Below are positions 49,901 to 59,395 of a DNA stretch of 64,000 bases, in pieces. Numbering within the stretch: the stretch's first letter is position 1; the number at the start of each line of letters is the position of its first letter. The stretch is from an uncultured Verrucomicrobiae bacterium (GTDB lineage Bacteria; Verrucomicrobiota; Verrucomicrobiia; Chthoniobacterales; UBA10450): the NCBI GenBank assembly GCA_963815455.1, contig CAWFGO010000001.1, positions 1,472,001 through 1,536,000 on the forward strand, given 5' to 3'. The notes beneath the pieces were generated by a model. The model was not told the DNA's origin and ran no database searches. It was given only the letters and a program-made list of their open reading frames with translations. The position numbers and the translations under genes are program-made.

Positions 49901-52458
49901 CGGATGAGATTTTAGACACTCTGCTCATTCCCGTTGCCGGCAACGCCGGCCGGATCGAGTTGCCGATCAAGAAGGAATACGCGCCGAACGCCGCCGTCTC
50001 GATCTATCTGGTGAAGCCGGGCGGGGAAAAAGAATTGCCGCGCGAGCGATTCGCCTACTCGACCATCGAGGTTCGCCGGCCCGATCACGAACTCAAGATT
50101 GAACCAAAGCTGGCCGCCAATTCGGTGAAGCCGGGTGAAAAAGTTCACGGCGAATTGCGTGTCACTTCGGAGAACAAGCCGGTGGACGATGTCGATCTTG
50201 CCGTGTTCGCCGTGGACGACGCGGTGTTGAAACTTGGAAGCTGGCGATTACCGGAGGTCCTGGCCGGCTTTTACGAGCGCAATCCGTTCGGTGTCCGCAG
50301 TTATCAATCGCTCGAGAACTATATCGAAGAGATCAAGCTGCCGAGCCTCACTCAAAAAGGTTTTATTATTGGCGGCGGTGGCGAAGAAGCGGTGGCAAAC
50401 GTCACCAACATCCGCAAAGAATTTAAGACGCTTGCGTTTTGGCAGGGCAGTTTGAAGACCGGGAACGGCGGCAAGGCCGCGTTCGATTTCGTCGCGCCGG
50501 ACAATCTCACTACGTATCGCATTGTCGCGGTCGGACAAACCAGAGCGAATCAATTTGGCGGCGATGCCAGCGCGACGTTGCAGGTTTCCAAACCGTTGCT
50601 CATCAATCCAGCCCTGCCGCGGTTCCTGCGGCACGGCGATGAAGTCGAACTGCGCGCCTCGGTCCAACAAAACTTTGCTGACTCCCAGGAGGTCACTGTG
50701 CAGTGCGTGACCGATGAACATTGCAAGCTCGTCGCCGATGGCAGTGCGACGCACACCGCCGTACGGGATGCGCCTACCGTGTTTCGATTCAGAGCCAAAG
50801 TGGACGATGTCGATCTTGCGCCGGTAAAAGTTCGCTTCGAAGCCGTGGCGAAATCGAACCCCCAAATGTCCGACGGCATCGAGCTGACTCTGCCGGTGCA
50901 GCCGCCGACGATTGTGCGCAAGGAAAGCGTGGCCGGCAGTTTCACCGGACCGAAGTTCGACGCCCGGGCCAAAATGCCTAACGATTGGAAGCGCGGTCAC
51001 GGAAAATTCGACGCGATTGTTTCCAGCTCGCCCTGGTTGCCGAAAATCGCCGGGATTCCGGTTATTCTGGAATATCCGCACGGCTGCTTCGATCAAATTT
51101 CGACCAAGCTTCTCGGCTACAGCCTGGTCGCGAACTTGCTCGCCTATCTGCCCGACGTCGCGGCGCATGACGCCGAATACCGAGCCGTGCTCGAGCGGGG
51201 GATGAAGCAATTTAACGATTCGCTGTTGGACGACGGCATGCTGCCTTACTGGCCGGGCGGGACCGCGTCGAACCCGTTTGTGACCTGTGAGGCTTTTTGG
51301 GCCGTGAACGAATCGGCTACCGCCGGCTTCGAGGCGCCGGAAGGCTTGCGCGACAAACTCGGAGGCGGCCTCAAGAAAATCGTGAATGGGGAAAGATCGA
51401 CATCGGCCTTTGAAAGATGTTTCGCCCTCTTCGTGCTGACGCAATACCAAACCGACGACGATTTCGCAACGGTCGCTCAGGATTTGTATTTGCGGCGCAA
51501 CAGTATGGAAGACGAAGGCCGCGCGCTGCTCGCGATTGCGTTGCAGCGGCTGAACATTATGCCGCGCGAAAAGGACCAGTTGCTCAAGGAAATCGACGCG
51601 CCGATCAAGGAGCGCGCGTTCGATCCGAAAACGTTGGGATCGATGACCCGCGCGGAAGCGATCTGCGCTCTCGCGTTCGATACTATCGCGCCGCGGATTT
51701 ACACCGCACAAAAGAAACAACGGGTGCGCGAGCGCATGCTGACGTTGATGGATTCGTCGGCGTCGCTTTCGACTCAGGAAAATCTTTGGATGCTTCTTGC
51801 GTTCAAGTCGATGGTCGGCGCGGAAAAGCCCGCCTCGCTCGGAAAGCCGGAACCGCCCGGACTGATTTCGAAAAATCAGCTGTCCGAAGCGTGGCTGGAT
51901 CGCCAGATCGACAATCCTCTCTTAATAGATGGCTTGAACAAGGCCGCGCTCACTTTTTTGATGAAAGCAGAGTTTTCCACCGATGAAGTCGAGACGGATC
52001 GCGTCGATCGCGGTTTTCGCGTCGAACGGGTGGTGAAAAACATGACCGATGCCAAGCGCACCGGCGAAATGAACGCGCCGTTCAAGCTCGGCGATCAAAT
52101 CCTGATCACATACCGGATCAACACGCGCAAAAAGCAAAGTTACGTCGCGCTCGAGGATTCACTGCCGGCCGGTTTGGAAGTTGTGAACCCGAACCTCGCC
52201 ATGATCGGGAAATTTTTCGAGCTGCCCGCCGGCGATCAAAGTAATCAAGCGCTTTGGCTTTCCTATTCGGAAATGCGCGACCGATCGACACTGCTCTACT
52301 TCGACGACTTCTCGCCCGGTACCGGGACCTACTCGGTGCTGGCGCGAGCCACTGCGGCCGGTTCATTCCGCTGGCCGGCCACCCAAGTCGTCCCGATGTA
52401 CGACAGCCGGTTCTCCGGGCTTTCACCTTCGAGTTTATGCGTCGTTTCCGGCGATTGA
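46951..52458 (+). CDS. Bacterial alpha-2-macroglobulin (YfhM family)
   Basis: TDRNLYRPGQ, PDNLTTYR, LPRFLR, YPHGCFDQ; adjacent to pbpC. Confidence 0.92.
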   Translation: MNRALLTVMWLLVSASVLVSAEREKPDTKPDAGGIVIEPSEGEIAPGSELTITFPNAMVSPDKIDMSGQPSPLTSTPKIEGDFLWKSQTEGVLTVKGVVAGANHRLTLVRDLKDASGKRVEAPGWSAEFTTREFNITTDFTERDHLETQPQISLDSTYDVRLSEAPDHIYFQDRDSRERFPVDVILWSEEGSPELEVKEFRVSPRAPLPPGHTFDLIVNGLVEAKSHKALPYLKVIPAGTTASLEIAWVGAFNSALEEPSIRIKFNDEIDPGEATPGKIDIQPPVKDAKLLASRDEVTVTGTFDLNQHYRVTISTALKGSRGFGLAKESRWGATFHPKPPTILFPASQVFLRARQELRFSFFQINTPAVTWKFARIPLEKLPAVTARVRDFEKDARDPVTGQPVVDPRTGFNKQFQTELLVDAFKLPVIATGTAEAASGDASVKRDIRWAAPKGEALSGAYLVEASAALSDGRIAGNRSIICTSDFILTEKRTPTLVIVRLAKMSDAQPVAGVNVRAVTSENIELGHAVTDKNGMSTFSRAAVFPEKKPGAHLFIADTTSGPALQFAEGASYSSGYWQISRRDQKGHAEIITDRNLYRPGQVVKMKGLMREITGAGLAIPSTPDVRWRVTESYGERVVGEGTAVLSRDGGWESEWIVPEKSKLGRFDIRCKIGNQDYDGTTAISIEEYRVPLFSTIVEATPEVGDTAHAKVSSAYFHGAPNAGARVHWKASWSPATDFGNDANDYKRRYNSFSEVGPSLDPNSELIKTIEGDTQLDQHGFATLSCESPFKNDAAVAKSDVVWRADVTSVDGQTIAGGDTGALFANAVMLGVRATERPGENGGVDVSIDAVDQESAKVTGVAVHADLIHITTKTAKEQIAPFVYRYRNVDEYAKIASQELKTPAESFFPAKETGRYVVAVSATGRKAALVSDETTVTGEMRAELPVENETSFKIEHETKSFVPGEKATLSIQSPFGGVAWVSVETDEILDTLLIPVAGNAGRIELPIKKEYAPNAAVSIYLVKPGGEKELPRERFAYSTIEVRRPDHELKIEPKLAANSVKPGEKVHGELRVTSENKPVDDVDLAVFAVDDAVLKLGSWRLPEVLAGFYERNPFGVRSYQSLENYIEEIKLPSLTQKGFIIGGGGEEAVANVTNIRKEFKTLAFWQGSLKTGNGGKAAFDFVAPDNLTTYRIVAVGQTRANQFGGDASATLQVSKPLLINPALPRFLRHGDEVELRASVQQNFADSQEVTVQCVTDEHCKLVADGSATHTAVRDAPTVFRFRAKVDDVDLAPVKVRFEAVAKSNPQMSDGIELTLPVQPPTIVRKESVAGSFTGPKFDARAKMPNDWKRGHGKFDAIVSSSPWLPKIAGIPVILEYPHGCFDQISTKLLGYSLVANLLAYLPDVAAHDAEYRAVLERGMKQFNDSLLDDGMLPYWPGGTASNPFVTCEAFWAVNESATAGFEAPEGLRDKLGGGLKKIVNGERSTSAFERCFALFVLTQYQTDDDFATVAQDLYLRRNSMEDEGRALLAIALQRLNIMPREKDQLLKEIDAPIKERAFDPKTLGSMTRAEAICALAFDTIAPRIYTAQKKQRVRERMLTLMDSSASLSTQENLWMLLAFKSMVGAEKPASLGKPEPPGLISKNQLSEAWLDRQIDNPLLIDGLNKAALTFLMKAEFSTDEVETDRVDRGFRVERVVKNMTDAKRTGEMNAPFKLGDQILITYRINTRKKQSYVALEDSLPAGLEVVNPNLAMIGKFFELPAGDQSNQALWLSYSEMRDRSTLLYFDDFSPGTGTYSVLARATAAGSFRWPATQVVPMYDSRFSGLSPSSLCVVSGD

Positions 52459-54635
52459 TTCTGGTCTCCGCTCTCGTCGCGGCGGCGGTGCCGATGTCGA
52501 TCCTGTGGGTGCCGTTGCCGCGCGCTTTGGAAAAGTCATTGCCTGGAACGTTAGTGTTACTCGACGATCGCGGACGCGAAATCGCCGTGCGCGCTTCGCC
52601 GGATGCGCGCGTTCAGATTCCGAAGAAGATCGACGAGATGGGCAAATGGTTGCCGCGCGTCACGGTTGCGCTGGAAGATCATCGTTTTTATGAACATGGC
52701 GCGATCGATTGGCGTGCGACCACGGCGGCATCAGTCCGAAATCTAAAAGCGCGACGCATTGTTTCCGGTGGATCGACAATTACTCAACAATTGGCCAAAC
52801 TCGCGTCCGGCCGGTGCGGTCGCAGTTGGTTCGGCAAAATACGCGACGTGATCGTCGCCTGGAAAATCGAGCGACGCTGGGACAAGGAACAGATCCTGGC
52901 CGGGTATTTGAATCGCAGCAGCTACGGCAATCGACGGCTTGGGCCGGAGGCGGCGGCGCGGGCCTATTTTGGAAAACCGGCGCACGATCTCACTTTGGCG
53001 GAATCGGTTTTTCTCGCCGGTTTGCCGCAGGCGCCGACGCGATTCAATCCGTGGACCCATCCCGAAGAAGCGAAGCGCAAGTATAAGCGTTCGCTGGCGC
53101 GCCTGGCCCAATTGGGCGTGATCGCAAACGAGGAAGAAAAGTTGCTGGCAAACTCGCCGCCGATCGCTCGCCGGTTCGATCCTCCGCGTTTTGCGCCGCA
53201 TTTCGTGGATGCATTGATCGCGGAAAACCCGAATCTGCGCGGCACAGTGCGAACAACGCTCGATCTCGATCTGCAAACCTCCGTGCAGCAAATGGTTCGC
53301 TCGCATATCGACGGACTCAACCGTTACGATATTACCCAGGCCGCGATGGTGATTCTCGATAACGAAACCGGCGCGGTGCGGGCGATGGTCGGCTCGAGCG
53401 ATTACGCGACGAATCAGGTCAATGGAGCGATGCGTCCCCGCAGCTCCGGCTCGACATTAAAACCGTTCGTTTACTTGGCCGCGCTGGATCGACATCTTTT
53501 CACCGCCGCGAGTTTGTTGCCCGACACTGCCGAGGCGATTCGCGACGAGTACGCCGATTACGATCCGCAAAACTACAATCGCCGTTACCTCGGACCGGTC
53601 CGGTTGCGCGAAGCGCTCGGCTGTTCGCTGAATGTGCCGGCCGTTTTTGCGCTCAGCCAGCTCGGCGCGCGTCAGACGTTTTTTGATCTGCAAAAGTGGG
53701 GCTTCCAGTTTCGCCGCAACTTGGGCGATTACGGCGCCGGATTCGTTTTGGGAAATGCCGAGATTCGTCTGATCGATCTTGCGGCGGCCTATTCGGGTCT
53801 GGCCCGGAGCGGCGTTGCCATGCCCGCGAAATTCCTCGCGACGGAACATCATCCGCTCAATCGTCTCGCTTCGCCCGAAGCGACGGCGATCATCACCGAT
53901 ATTCTGTGCGACAATCGCGCCCGGGAGAAAACGTTTGGGGCGCATTCGCCGCTGGCGTTCGATAAACGGATCGCGGCCAAGACCGGCACCAGTAGCGGCT
54001 TTCGAGACGCTTGGACCGTTGGATTTAACAAGGAACACACGGTTGCCGTATGGGCCGGCAATTTTCACGGCGGCCCGATGCGCGACACGTTGTCGGTGCG
54101 CGCGGCCACGCCATTATGGGCGGCCATGATGCGCGAACTATTGCGGCGGGATCAGCCGGTCGATCCACCGATGGAAAACGAAAATCTCATTCGCCGCGAA
54201 ATCTGCGCCGAGACCGGATTACGTCCGTCGCGTTTTACAAAATCGACAGTTCAGGAGTGGTTTCTCAAAGGCACGGAACCGTCGGAGGACTCGACGGCGT
54301 GGTATTCAGCGGACGGGAAAATGCTTTTGCCGGACGAGTACGCCGAATGGTGTGCCAGTAGTAACAACACGCGCGGCGCGCGGGTTCGATCGCAGGCTCG
54401 GATTACCAATCCGGCGGCAAACGCACATTACGCAATCGATTCGGCGCTGCCTTCCTCTCAACAAATGATTGAGCTGACGTCCACGCTCGGTAACGACGTC
54501 CAATGGTTCGTGAACGACGCGCGTCAAGCCCCGCGAAACGACGGCCGTGTTTTCTGGCAACTCGCGCCGGGTGATTGGAAAGTGCGCGCAATCAGCCATG
54601 CCGGCAGCAGCGAGGAAACGATATCCGTCGAGTAG
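52437..54635 (+). CDS. pbpC: Penicillin-binding protein 1C
   Basis: EDHRF, GGSTITQQL, STLK, SLN, KTGTS. Confidence 0.92.
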   Translation: MRRFRRLILVSALVAAAVPMSILWVPLPRALEKSLPGTLVLLDDRGREIAVRASPDARVQIPKKIDEMGKWLPRVTVALEDHRFYEHGAIDWRATTAASVRNLKARRIVSGGSTITQQLAKLASGRCGRSWFGKIRDVIVAWKIERRWDKEQILAGYLNRSSYGNRRLGPEAAARAYFGKPAHDLTLAESVFLAGLPQAPTRFNPWTHPEEAKRKYKRSLARLAQLGVIANEEEKLLANSPPIARRFDPPRFAPHFVDALIAENPNLRGTVRTTLDLDLQTSVQQMVRSHIDGLNRYDITQAAMVILDNETGAVRAMVGSSDYATNQVNGAMRPRSSGSTLKPFVYLAALDRHLFTAASLLPDTAEAIRDEYADYDPQNYNRRYLGPVRLREALGCSLNVPAVFALSQLGARQTFFDLQKWGFQFRRNLGDYGAGFVLGNAEIRLIDLAAAYSGLARSGVAMPAKFLATEHHPLNRLASPEATAIITDILCDNRAREKTFGAHSPLAFDKRIAAKTGTSSGFRDAWTVGFNKEHTVAVWAGNFHGGPMRDTLSVRAATPLWAAMMRELLRRDQPVDPPMENENLIRREICAETGLRPSRFTKSTVQEWFLKGTEPSEDSTAWYSADGKMLLPDEYAEWCASSNNTRGARVRSQARITNPAANAHYAIDSALPSSQQMIELTSTLGNDVQWFVNDARQAPRNDGRVFWQLAPGDWKVRAISHAGSSEETISVE

Positions 54636-54657
54636 TTTCCCGCGCGGAGGATCGAGA

Positions 54658-55233
54658 GTGGAACGAGACCAGGGCCAGCCTTTCACTCATGCCGAACTTC
54701 CCGCTGAAGTGGGGCGCAGCGTTCGCGTCGCCGGCGAGCCCATCGACTACCGAATCGAGCCAAACAAATACGCCGATCGCATCGATCATCTTTTTATCAC
54801 GCTACGCGCCGGAACTGCCGGCATGATTGAGATCGCGCTCAATACCTATTCGATCCGCAATCTGCGGCGCGGCTTGGATCCGCGCGTCCGAGTGGCGGTC
54901 CTCTCATCGACTTGGAGCGCATTACCAGCGCCCGGGATTTTTCCGAGTACTGGTCTTAGCTACGGGAAAATCGGATCTGAAAAGGGCGTCATCTATCGCG
55001 AATACGAGCGTTCTGCACTGGAAGAATTGCTCATCGCGAAAATAAGAGCGGCCATCTTCGTGGAAGGCTGGGGCGATCTCTATGTGCGTTCGCGACCGGG
55101 GATCCATCAAGTTCACAGCCGCAGCAAGAACACGGCTGTTTCAAACGAACCCGACCACGATGGGGCGGTGCGATTTTATTTTCAGGAGAAGTCCGCCAGC
55201 GAGCTTTTGCTGCTTAAATACTTTGGACAATAG
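54658..55233 (+). CDS. Hypothetical protein
   Basis: Open frame containing GIHQVH...DGA; start uncertain. Confidence 0.6.
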   Translation: MERDQGQPFTHAELPAEVGRSVRVAGEPIDYRIEPNKYADRIDHLFITLRAGTAGMIEIALNTYSIRNLRRGLDPRVRVAVLSSTWSALPAPGIFPSTGLSYGKIGSEKGVIYREYERSALEELLIAKIRAAIFVEGWGDLYVRSRPGIHQVHSRSKNTAVSNEPDHDGAVRFYFQEKSASELLLLKYFGQ

Positions 55234-55241
55234 GCGTTTTC

Positions 55242-55736
55242 TTATCCGCGACCGCGAGCCGGTGTGAAACTGAACACGAGGATTTCGGCGTGGCGTGGTT
55301 GCCAATGATGAAAATCAACCCAGAATCGGCCGAGCCTCTTTCTTCGGACATCGCTGGTCGAATTAATCAGATCGAAAAGCTTTTCGGTTTCAGCGCGAGC
55401 GAAAAATGGAGCGTCGAGAAATTCGGTGACCCAATTCATCTCGTGAGCGTCCGTAAGATAAAACGTGACTTGAACATCTTCATCGGAGTTTTCCACGATG
55501 ATGAGGCAGTAATCGTAAACCTCGGTGTTCTTCCACTCTCCCTCGAAAAAGATGGTGCAGCGTTTCTGCACGTCGGTGGCGTGAAAGCGGGCTTTCTTGA
55601 AATGTGAAATCACATTTGCATAGGTTAGCGGCTGCACCGCCGCCGGTTTCGGTTTTGATCTCGACGCCGGCGCTGCAAGTCCGCCGATTGACAGCATGAT
55701 TGCCGCGAATGTGATGGCTAGATATCTTGTCTTCAT
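55242..55736 (-). CDS. Secreted hypothetical protein
   Basis: Signal peptide; ATGA overlap with the upstream USP gene. Confidence 0.7.
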   Translation of the reverse strand: MKTRYLAITFAAIMLSIGGLAAPASRSKPKPAAVQPLTYANVISHFKKARFHATDVQKRCTIFFEGEWKNTEVYDYCLIIVENSDEDVQVTFYLTDAHEMNWVTEFLDAPFFARAETEKLFDLINSTSDVRRKRLGRFWVDFHHWQPRHAEILVFSFTPARGRG

Positions 55737-56752
55737 GTCTTGGTTGAAGTGATCGATGGACGCTGATAGCTGGGGACGACGAGCACAGGACAGTTCGCGT
55801 GCCGGACGACAAACTCAGCGGTGCTACCTAGGAACACATGCTTTAAACCGGTGTTTCCATGCGTCGCCGTGACGATGAGACTGGCATGCCGATCTTTCGA
55901 TTCGTCGCAAATCTCCTGCCCGGCATGGCCGATCGAGAGAGATGATTCTACTTTGATCCCTTCCCAATCGATTTTCTCGGCCAGCTCCCGCAATTGCCGG
56001 CGCGCAGCTTTCTCCGTTTGTTCCATGAGCAAAGGAAAGTCATATCGGGCGTATTCATCGTTTGAGACGTAGTAATGGGGGTAGACGCAGTGAAGCAGAA
56101 CCAGTGTCGATCCGAATTCCCGGGCTAGTGCTTTGGCGTAAGCGAGTCCGTTTATCGAGCAAGCTGAAAAGTCGATCGGTACAACAATCTTGCGGAAGGA
56201 TAAGACGGCGCTTGCCGAATTCCCGTTGCCGCCGGTCTCAGTGGGCCTAACGATGAGTACCGGACAAGGCGCATGTTGCACGACGCGTTCGGCCGTGCTG
56301 CCGAGAACGAGGTGCTTTAGGCCGGTATTTCCGCGAGTGGGGACGACGATGAGATCGATGCCAATTTTGTGCGCGAGCCGGCAGATTTCCTCAAAGGGGC
56401 GGCCTTTGATCGCATAAATGTTTTCCGGTCGCATGGACACGCTATGGTTGCGCGCCAAGTCGCGCAGGTGCCGGTGGACGCGCGGTCCCACTTCAGAATC
56501 GGGAATGAAAAGCGGGTTCCCGGCCAATCCGACAAGCGGATATTGTGGTTCGAATATGTGGACAAGATTTAACCCGGCGCCGAAACGTTTGCTGAGCGAA
56601 TGCGCGTAATCAATCGCTTTGCCTGACGACTCCGAAAAATCTATCGGCACCAGGATTTTGCTGATGCCGACTTTCTTGCGCGAGATCTTGTCGATCTTAA
56701 CGCGTGGCGAGACAGTGCGACCCAGTGGTTTGGTGAGGACCTCTGTTTTCAT
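55733..56752 (-). CDS. Tandem universal stress protein
   Basis: Two VPIDFS...GSTAE..V..A.CPVL units. Confidence 0.93.
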   Translation of the reverse strand: MKTEVLTKPLGRTVSPRVKIDKISRKKVGISKILVPIDFSESSGKAIDYAHSLSKRFGAGLNLVHIFEPQYPLVGLAGNPLFIPDSEVGPRVHRHLRDLARNHSVSMRPENIYAIKGRPFEEICRLAHKIGIDLIVVPTRGNTGLKHLVLGSTAERVVQHAPCPVLIVRPTETGGNGNSASAVLSFRKIVVPIDFSACSINGLAYAKALAREFGSTLVLLHCVYPHYYVSNDEYARYDFPLLMEQTEKAARRQLRELAEKIDWEGIKVESSLSIGHAGQEICDESKDRHASLIVTATHGNTGLKHVFLGSTAEFVVRHANCPVLVVPSYQRPSITSTKT

Positions 56753-56809
56753 GCATTCAATCTGGCAAAGCCGCGATCATTTGGCTTTTCGTTGCTTGCT
56801 AAACACCGG

Positions 56810-57820
56810 CTATTTCTTGTCGCTCGCGGCGCGATCGGCTATTTCGTTGCCCGAACGCCGGCCTTCTTCGAAATCGGTGATGTTCTTGATTGTGGTCACG
56901 GCGATATTTTCAAGGGCATCGCGCGTAAAGAAGGCTTGATGGCCGGTGATGATCACATTCGGAAATGTCAGCAGCCGGCTGAATACATCGTCGCTGATGA
57001 TCAAACCGGAGCGATCTTCGAAAAAGATTTCTTCCTCCTCCTCGTAAACATCGAGCCCCAGATAACCAATCCTGCCGCTTTTTAGCTCTTCAATCACCGC
57101 GGCCGTATCGATCAATGCGCCGCGACTGGTATTGATGAGCATGACGCCGGTCTTCATTTTCTGAATCGCCCGGGCGTCGATCATGTGGCGGTTGTCCGGG
57201 GTGAGCGGGCAATGCAACGTGATAATGTCCGACTGGGCGAGCAATTCATCCGCCGTCACGTAACGCACACCAGAGGATCGACATCCTTCATTTGGAACCG
57301 GATCGAACGCCAAGACGTCACAACCAAGTCCGATGAGAATATGCGCAGCTACCGATCCGATTTTCCCGGTCCCGATAACGCCGGCCGTCTTCCCGTGAAC
57401 ATCGAATCCGAGCAGACCGTCGAGGGCAAAGTTCCCCTCGCGAACGCGATTGTAGGCACGATGCAACTTCCGATTTAGCGCAAGCATCAAGCCGATCGTG
57501 TGTTCGGCCACGGCGTAAGGTGAATAGCCTGGAACGCGAAGCACGGTAATGCCGAGTTTCTTCGCGGCGGCCAGGTCGACATTGTTGTAGCCGGCACAGC
57601 GGAGTGCGATCAGGCCAACCCCTAACGAAGCAAGCCTGTTAACAACGATTGCATCGACATGATCGTTTACAAAAACACAGACTGCCTTAAATCCGGTCGC
57701 GAGCGATGCCGTTTGGATACTCAACTGCGGCTCGAAGAAGTGAAGTTCGTGGGATGAAGCATTTGCCTCTCCCAGGAATTCGCGATCGTACTTCCTTGCG
57801 CTAAAGACGGCAATTTTCAC
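56810..57820 (-). CDS. ldhA: D-lactate dehydrogenase
   Basis: LRCAGYNNVD, YSPYAVAE, GTGKIG, LDVYEEE, TGHQAF. Confidence 0.9.
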   Translation of the reverse strand: MKIAVFSARKYDREFLGEANASSHELHFFEPQLSIQTASLATGFKAVCVFVNDHVDAIVVNRLASLGVGLIALRCAGYNNVDLAAAKKLGITVLRVPGYSPYAVAEHTIGLMLALNRKLHRAYNRVREGNFALDGLLGFDVHGKTAGVIGTGKIGSVAAHILIGLGCDVLAFDPVPNEGCRSSGVRYVTADELLAQSDIITLHCPLTPDNRHMIDARAIQKMKTGVMLINTSRGALIDTAAVIEELKSGRIGYLGLDVYEEEEEIFFEDRSGLIISDDVFSRLLTFPNVIITGHQAFFTRDALENIAVTTIKNITDFEEGRRSGNEIADRAASDKK

Positions 57821-57875
57821 AGGTTCTTCGTGACGTTCCCGGCGAATTTACGGCGGATGATTCGGCGCAGCTTCT

Positions 57876-58238
57876 TCAATCGCTGTTCAACCAGTTTCGC
57901 GCTTCATCGATATTGTTCTTCTCAAAATAGCGAACCTTCGCCCGGGTGAACGGCCGGCAAAATACCGCCATCCATTCCTGCCACTTCTTGTCGCCAACCA
58001 TGGCGATGCGCTCGATATCCGAGAAGTGTTTGATCCCCAGCTTCAGATCGTCCCAGGCTGCTTGCAATTCCCAACCGTGGAACTCCACCATGTCGAACAG
58101 CAGACGGATCTTGCCGTGCCGCTTTACCAGCCGATCAAGGTCGGGAACAAAACGCTCATAATCCTGGTGCACAAGTTTTCCGGTGACCCGAATGTCCAGC
58201 ACCTTGCCTCCGTTTTTTTCTTCCAGTTCTATCGGCAT
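57876..58238 (-). CDS. SpoIIAA-like (STAS/SEC14) protein
   Basis: GKLVHQDY, AAWDDLK, IERIAMVG, EARNWL. Confidence 0.85.
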   Translation of the reverse strand: MPIELEEKNGGKVLDIRVTGKLVHQDYERFVPDLDRLVKRHGKIRLLFDMVEFHGWELQAAWDDLKLGIKHFSDIERIAMVGDKKWQEWMAVFCRPFTRAKVRYFEKNNIDEARNWLNSD

Positions 58239-58251
58239 ATTTTCCTCCCTT

Positions 58252-59265
58252 TCATTTGCTAGGTCTCGATTTGCATGGAACGACAATAAGAGGGCATGTG
58301 GCGTAACGAACAACGTGTTCGGCCACACTGCCAATGAGAGCGTGCGCGAGTCCGCTCTGGCCATGCGTCGAAAGAACAACCAAATCGACATCGGCAGCGC
58401 TCGCCACGGCGCAAATTCCGTCAACATCAGAACCGACGCGAATATCTGCTTCCCATGAGATCTCCCGCAAAATTGCCGAGCGCGTCATCCGTTCCATTTG
58501 TTGCCGGGCGACAGTTCGTGCCGCCTGCATCAGAGAGTTGGTTTCACCGGGAATTCGCTCTCCCCCAATCTTCTTGGCGTAGGGATTGATGGCGTGGAAA
58601 AGACGAAGTGCGGCGCGAAACCGAGCAGCCAGCAGCACGGCATATTTCAGCCCGACCAGAGAACACTTCGAAAAATCGACCGGCACGAGGATTTTCTTGA
58701 TCGAAATCATCTCATGCTCGCCCGGTGCGCGACCGTTCCCCCGCAGGAACTCGCGCTCCCGCTTCCGCACGATCAAAACGGGACACCGGGAATGTTGGAC
58801 CACCCGCTCAGCAACGCTTCCGTGAATCAAATGTTTGATCCCGGTATAGGCGCGCGTTGCCAGCACGATCAAATCCGCTTTTCCTTCCGGAGCGGTGGCG
58901 ACAATCGTTTTGAAGGGCTTGCCCTGTCGCACAACGCAGGTCTCCGCCGAGATCGGTATCTGAAATTTTGCGGCCTGACTTCGGAGAAGTTTTTCCGCCA
59001 TCTTGACCACTGTTTCCGGCTGAGTGACCAGCGGCAGGCGGATGATCGCCGGCGAAGGTTCACCTTCCGGATCGACCACGTGCAGAAGGCGCACTTCGGC
59101 GCCGAATTCCGCGGCCAGGCTCAATGCGTACCGCAACGCCTTAACTGATTCACGGGAGAAATCGGTCGGGACGAGAAGACGGCGCAATTGCAGCTTTTTA
59201 GTAATTGCTCTTTTGTGCGAACGCGCCCGAGAAGTTGCGAGGCGACGATTACCGGCTGGTTTCAT
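58252..59265 (-). CDS. Tandem universal stress protein
   Basis: Two USP domains. Confidence 0.92.
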   Translation of the reverse strand: MKPAGNRRLATSRARSHKRAITKKLQLRRLLVPTDFSRESVKALRYALSLAAEFGAEVRLLHVVDPEGEPSPAIIRLPLVTQPETVVKMAEKLLRSQAAKFQIPISAETCVVRQGKPFKTIVATAPEGKADLIVLATRAYTGIKHLIHGSVAERVVQHSRCPVLIVRKREREFLRGNGRAPGEHEMISIKKILVPVDFSKCSLVGLKYAVLLAARFRAALRLFHAINPYAKKIGGERIPGETNSLMQAARTVARQQMERMTRSAILREISWEADIRVGSDVDGICAVASAADVDLVVLSTHGQSGLAHALIGSVAEHVVRYATCPLIVVPCKSRPSK

Positions 59266-59395
59266 TCTATTCTAATATGATCGTTGGCAGCTTAACAGCT
59301 CTTCATCGTTTGGGAACAGCCGGTCTTATTTTGACCCAAGACCCTCCGCGCTTCGGTTTCTGGTTAGGCGGAGAGCCCAATTATCCTGGTTCTGA

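Noticed and set aside
50248..51720. Long antisense ORFs (for example 50248-51720, 1732-2862, 59718-60584, 6031-6888)
   Set aside because: They are shadows of well-supported genes on the opposite strand in GC-rich DNA and show no recognisable motifs.
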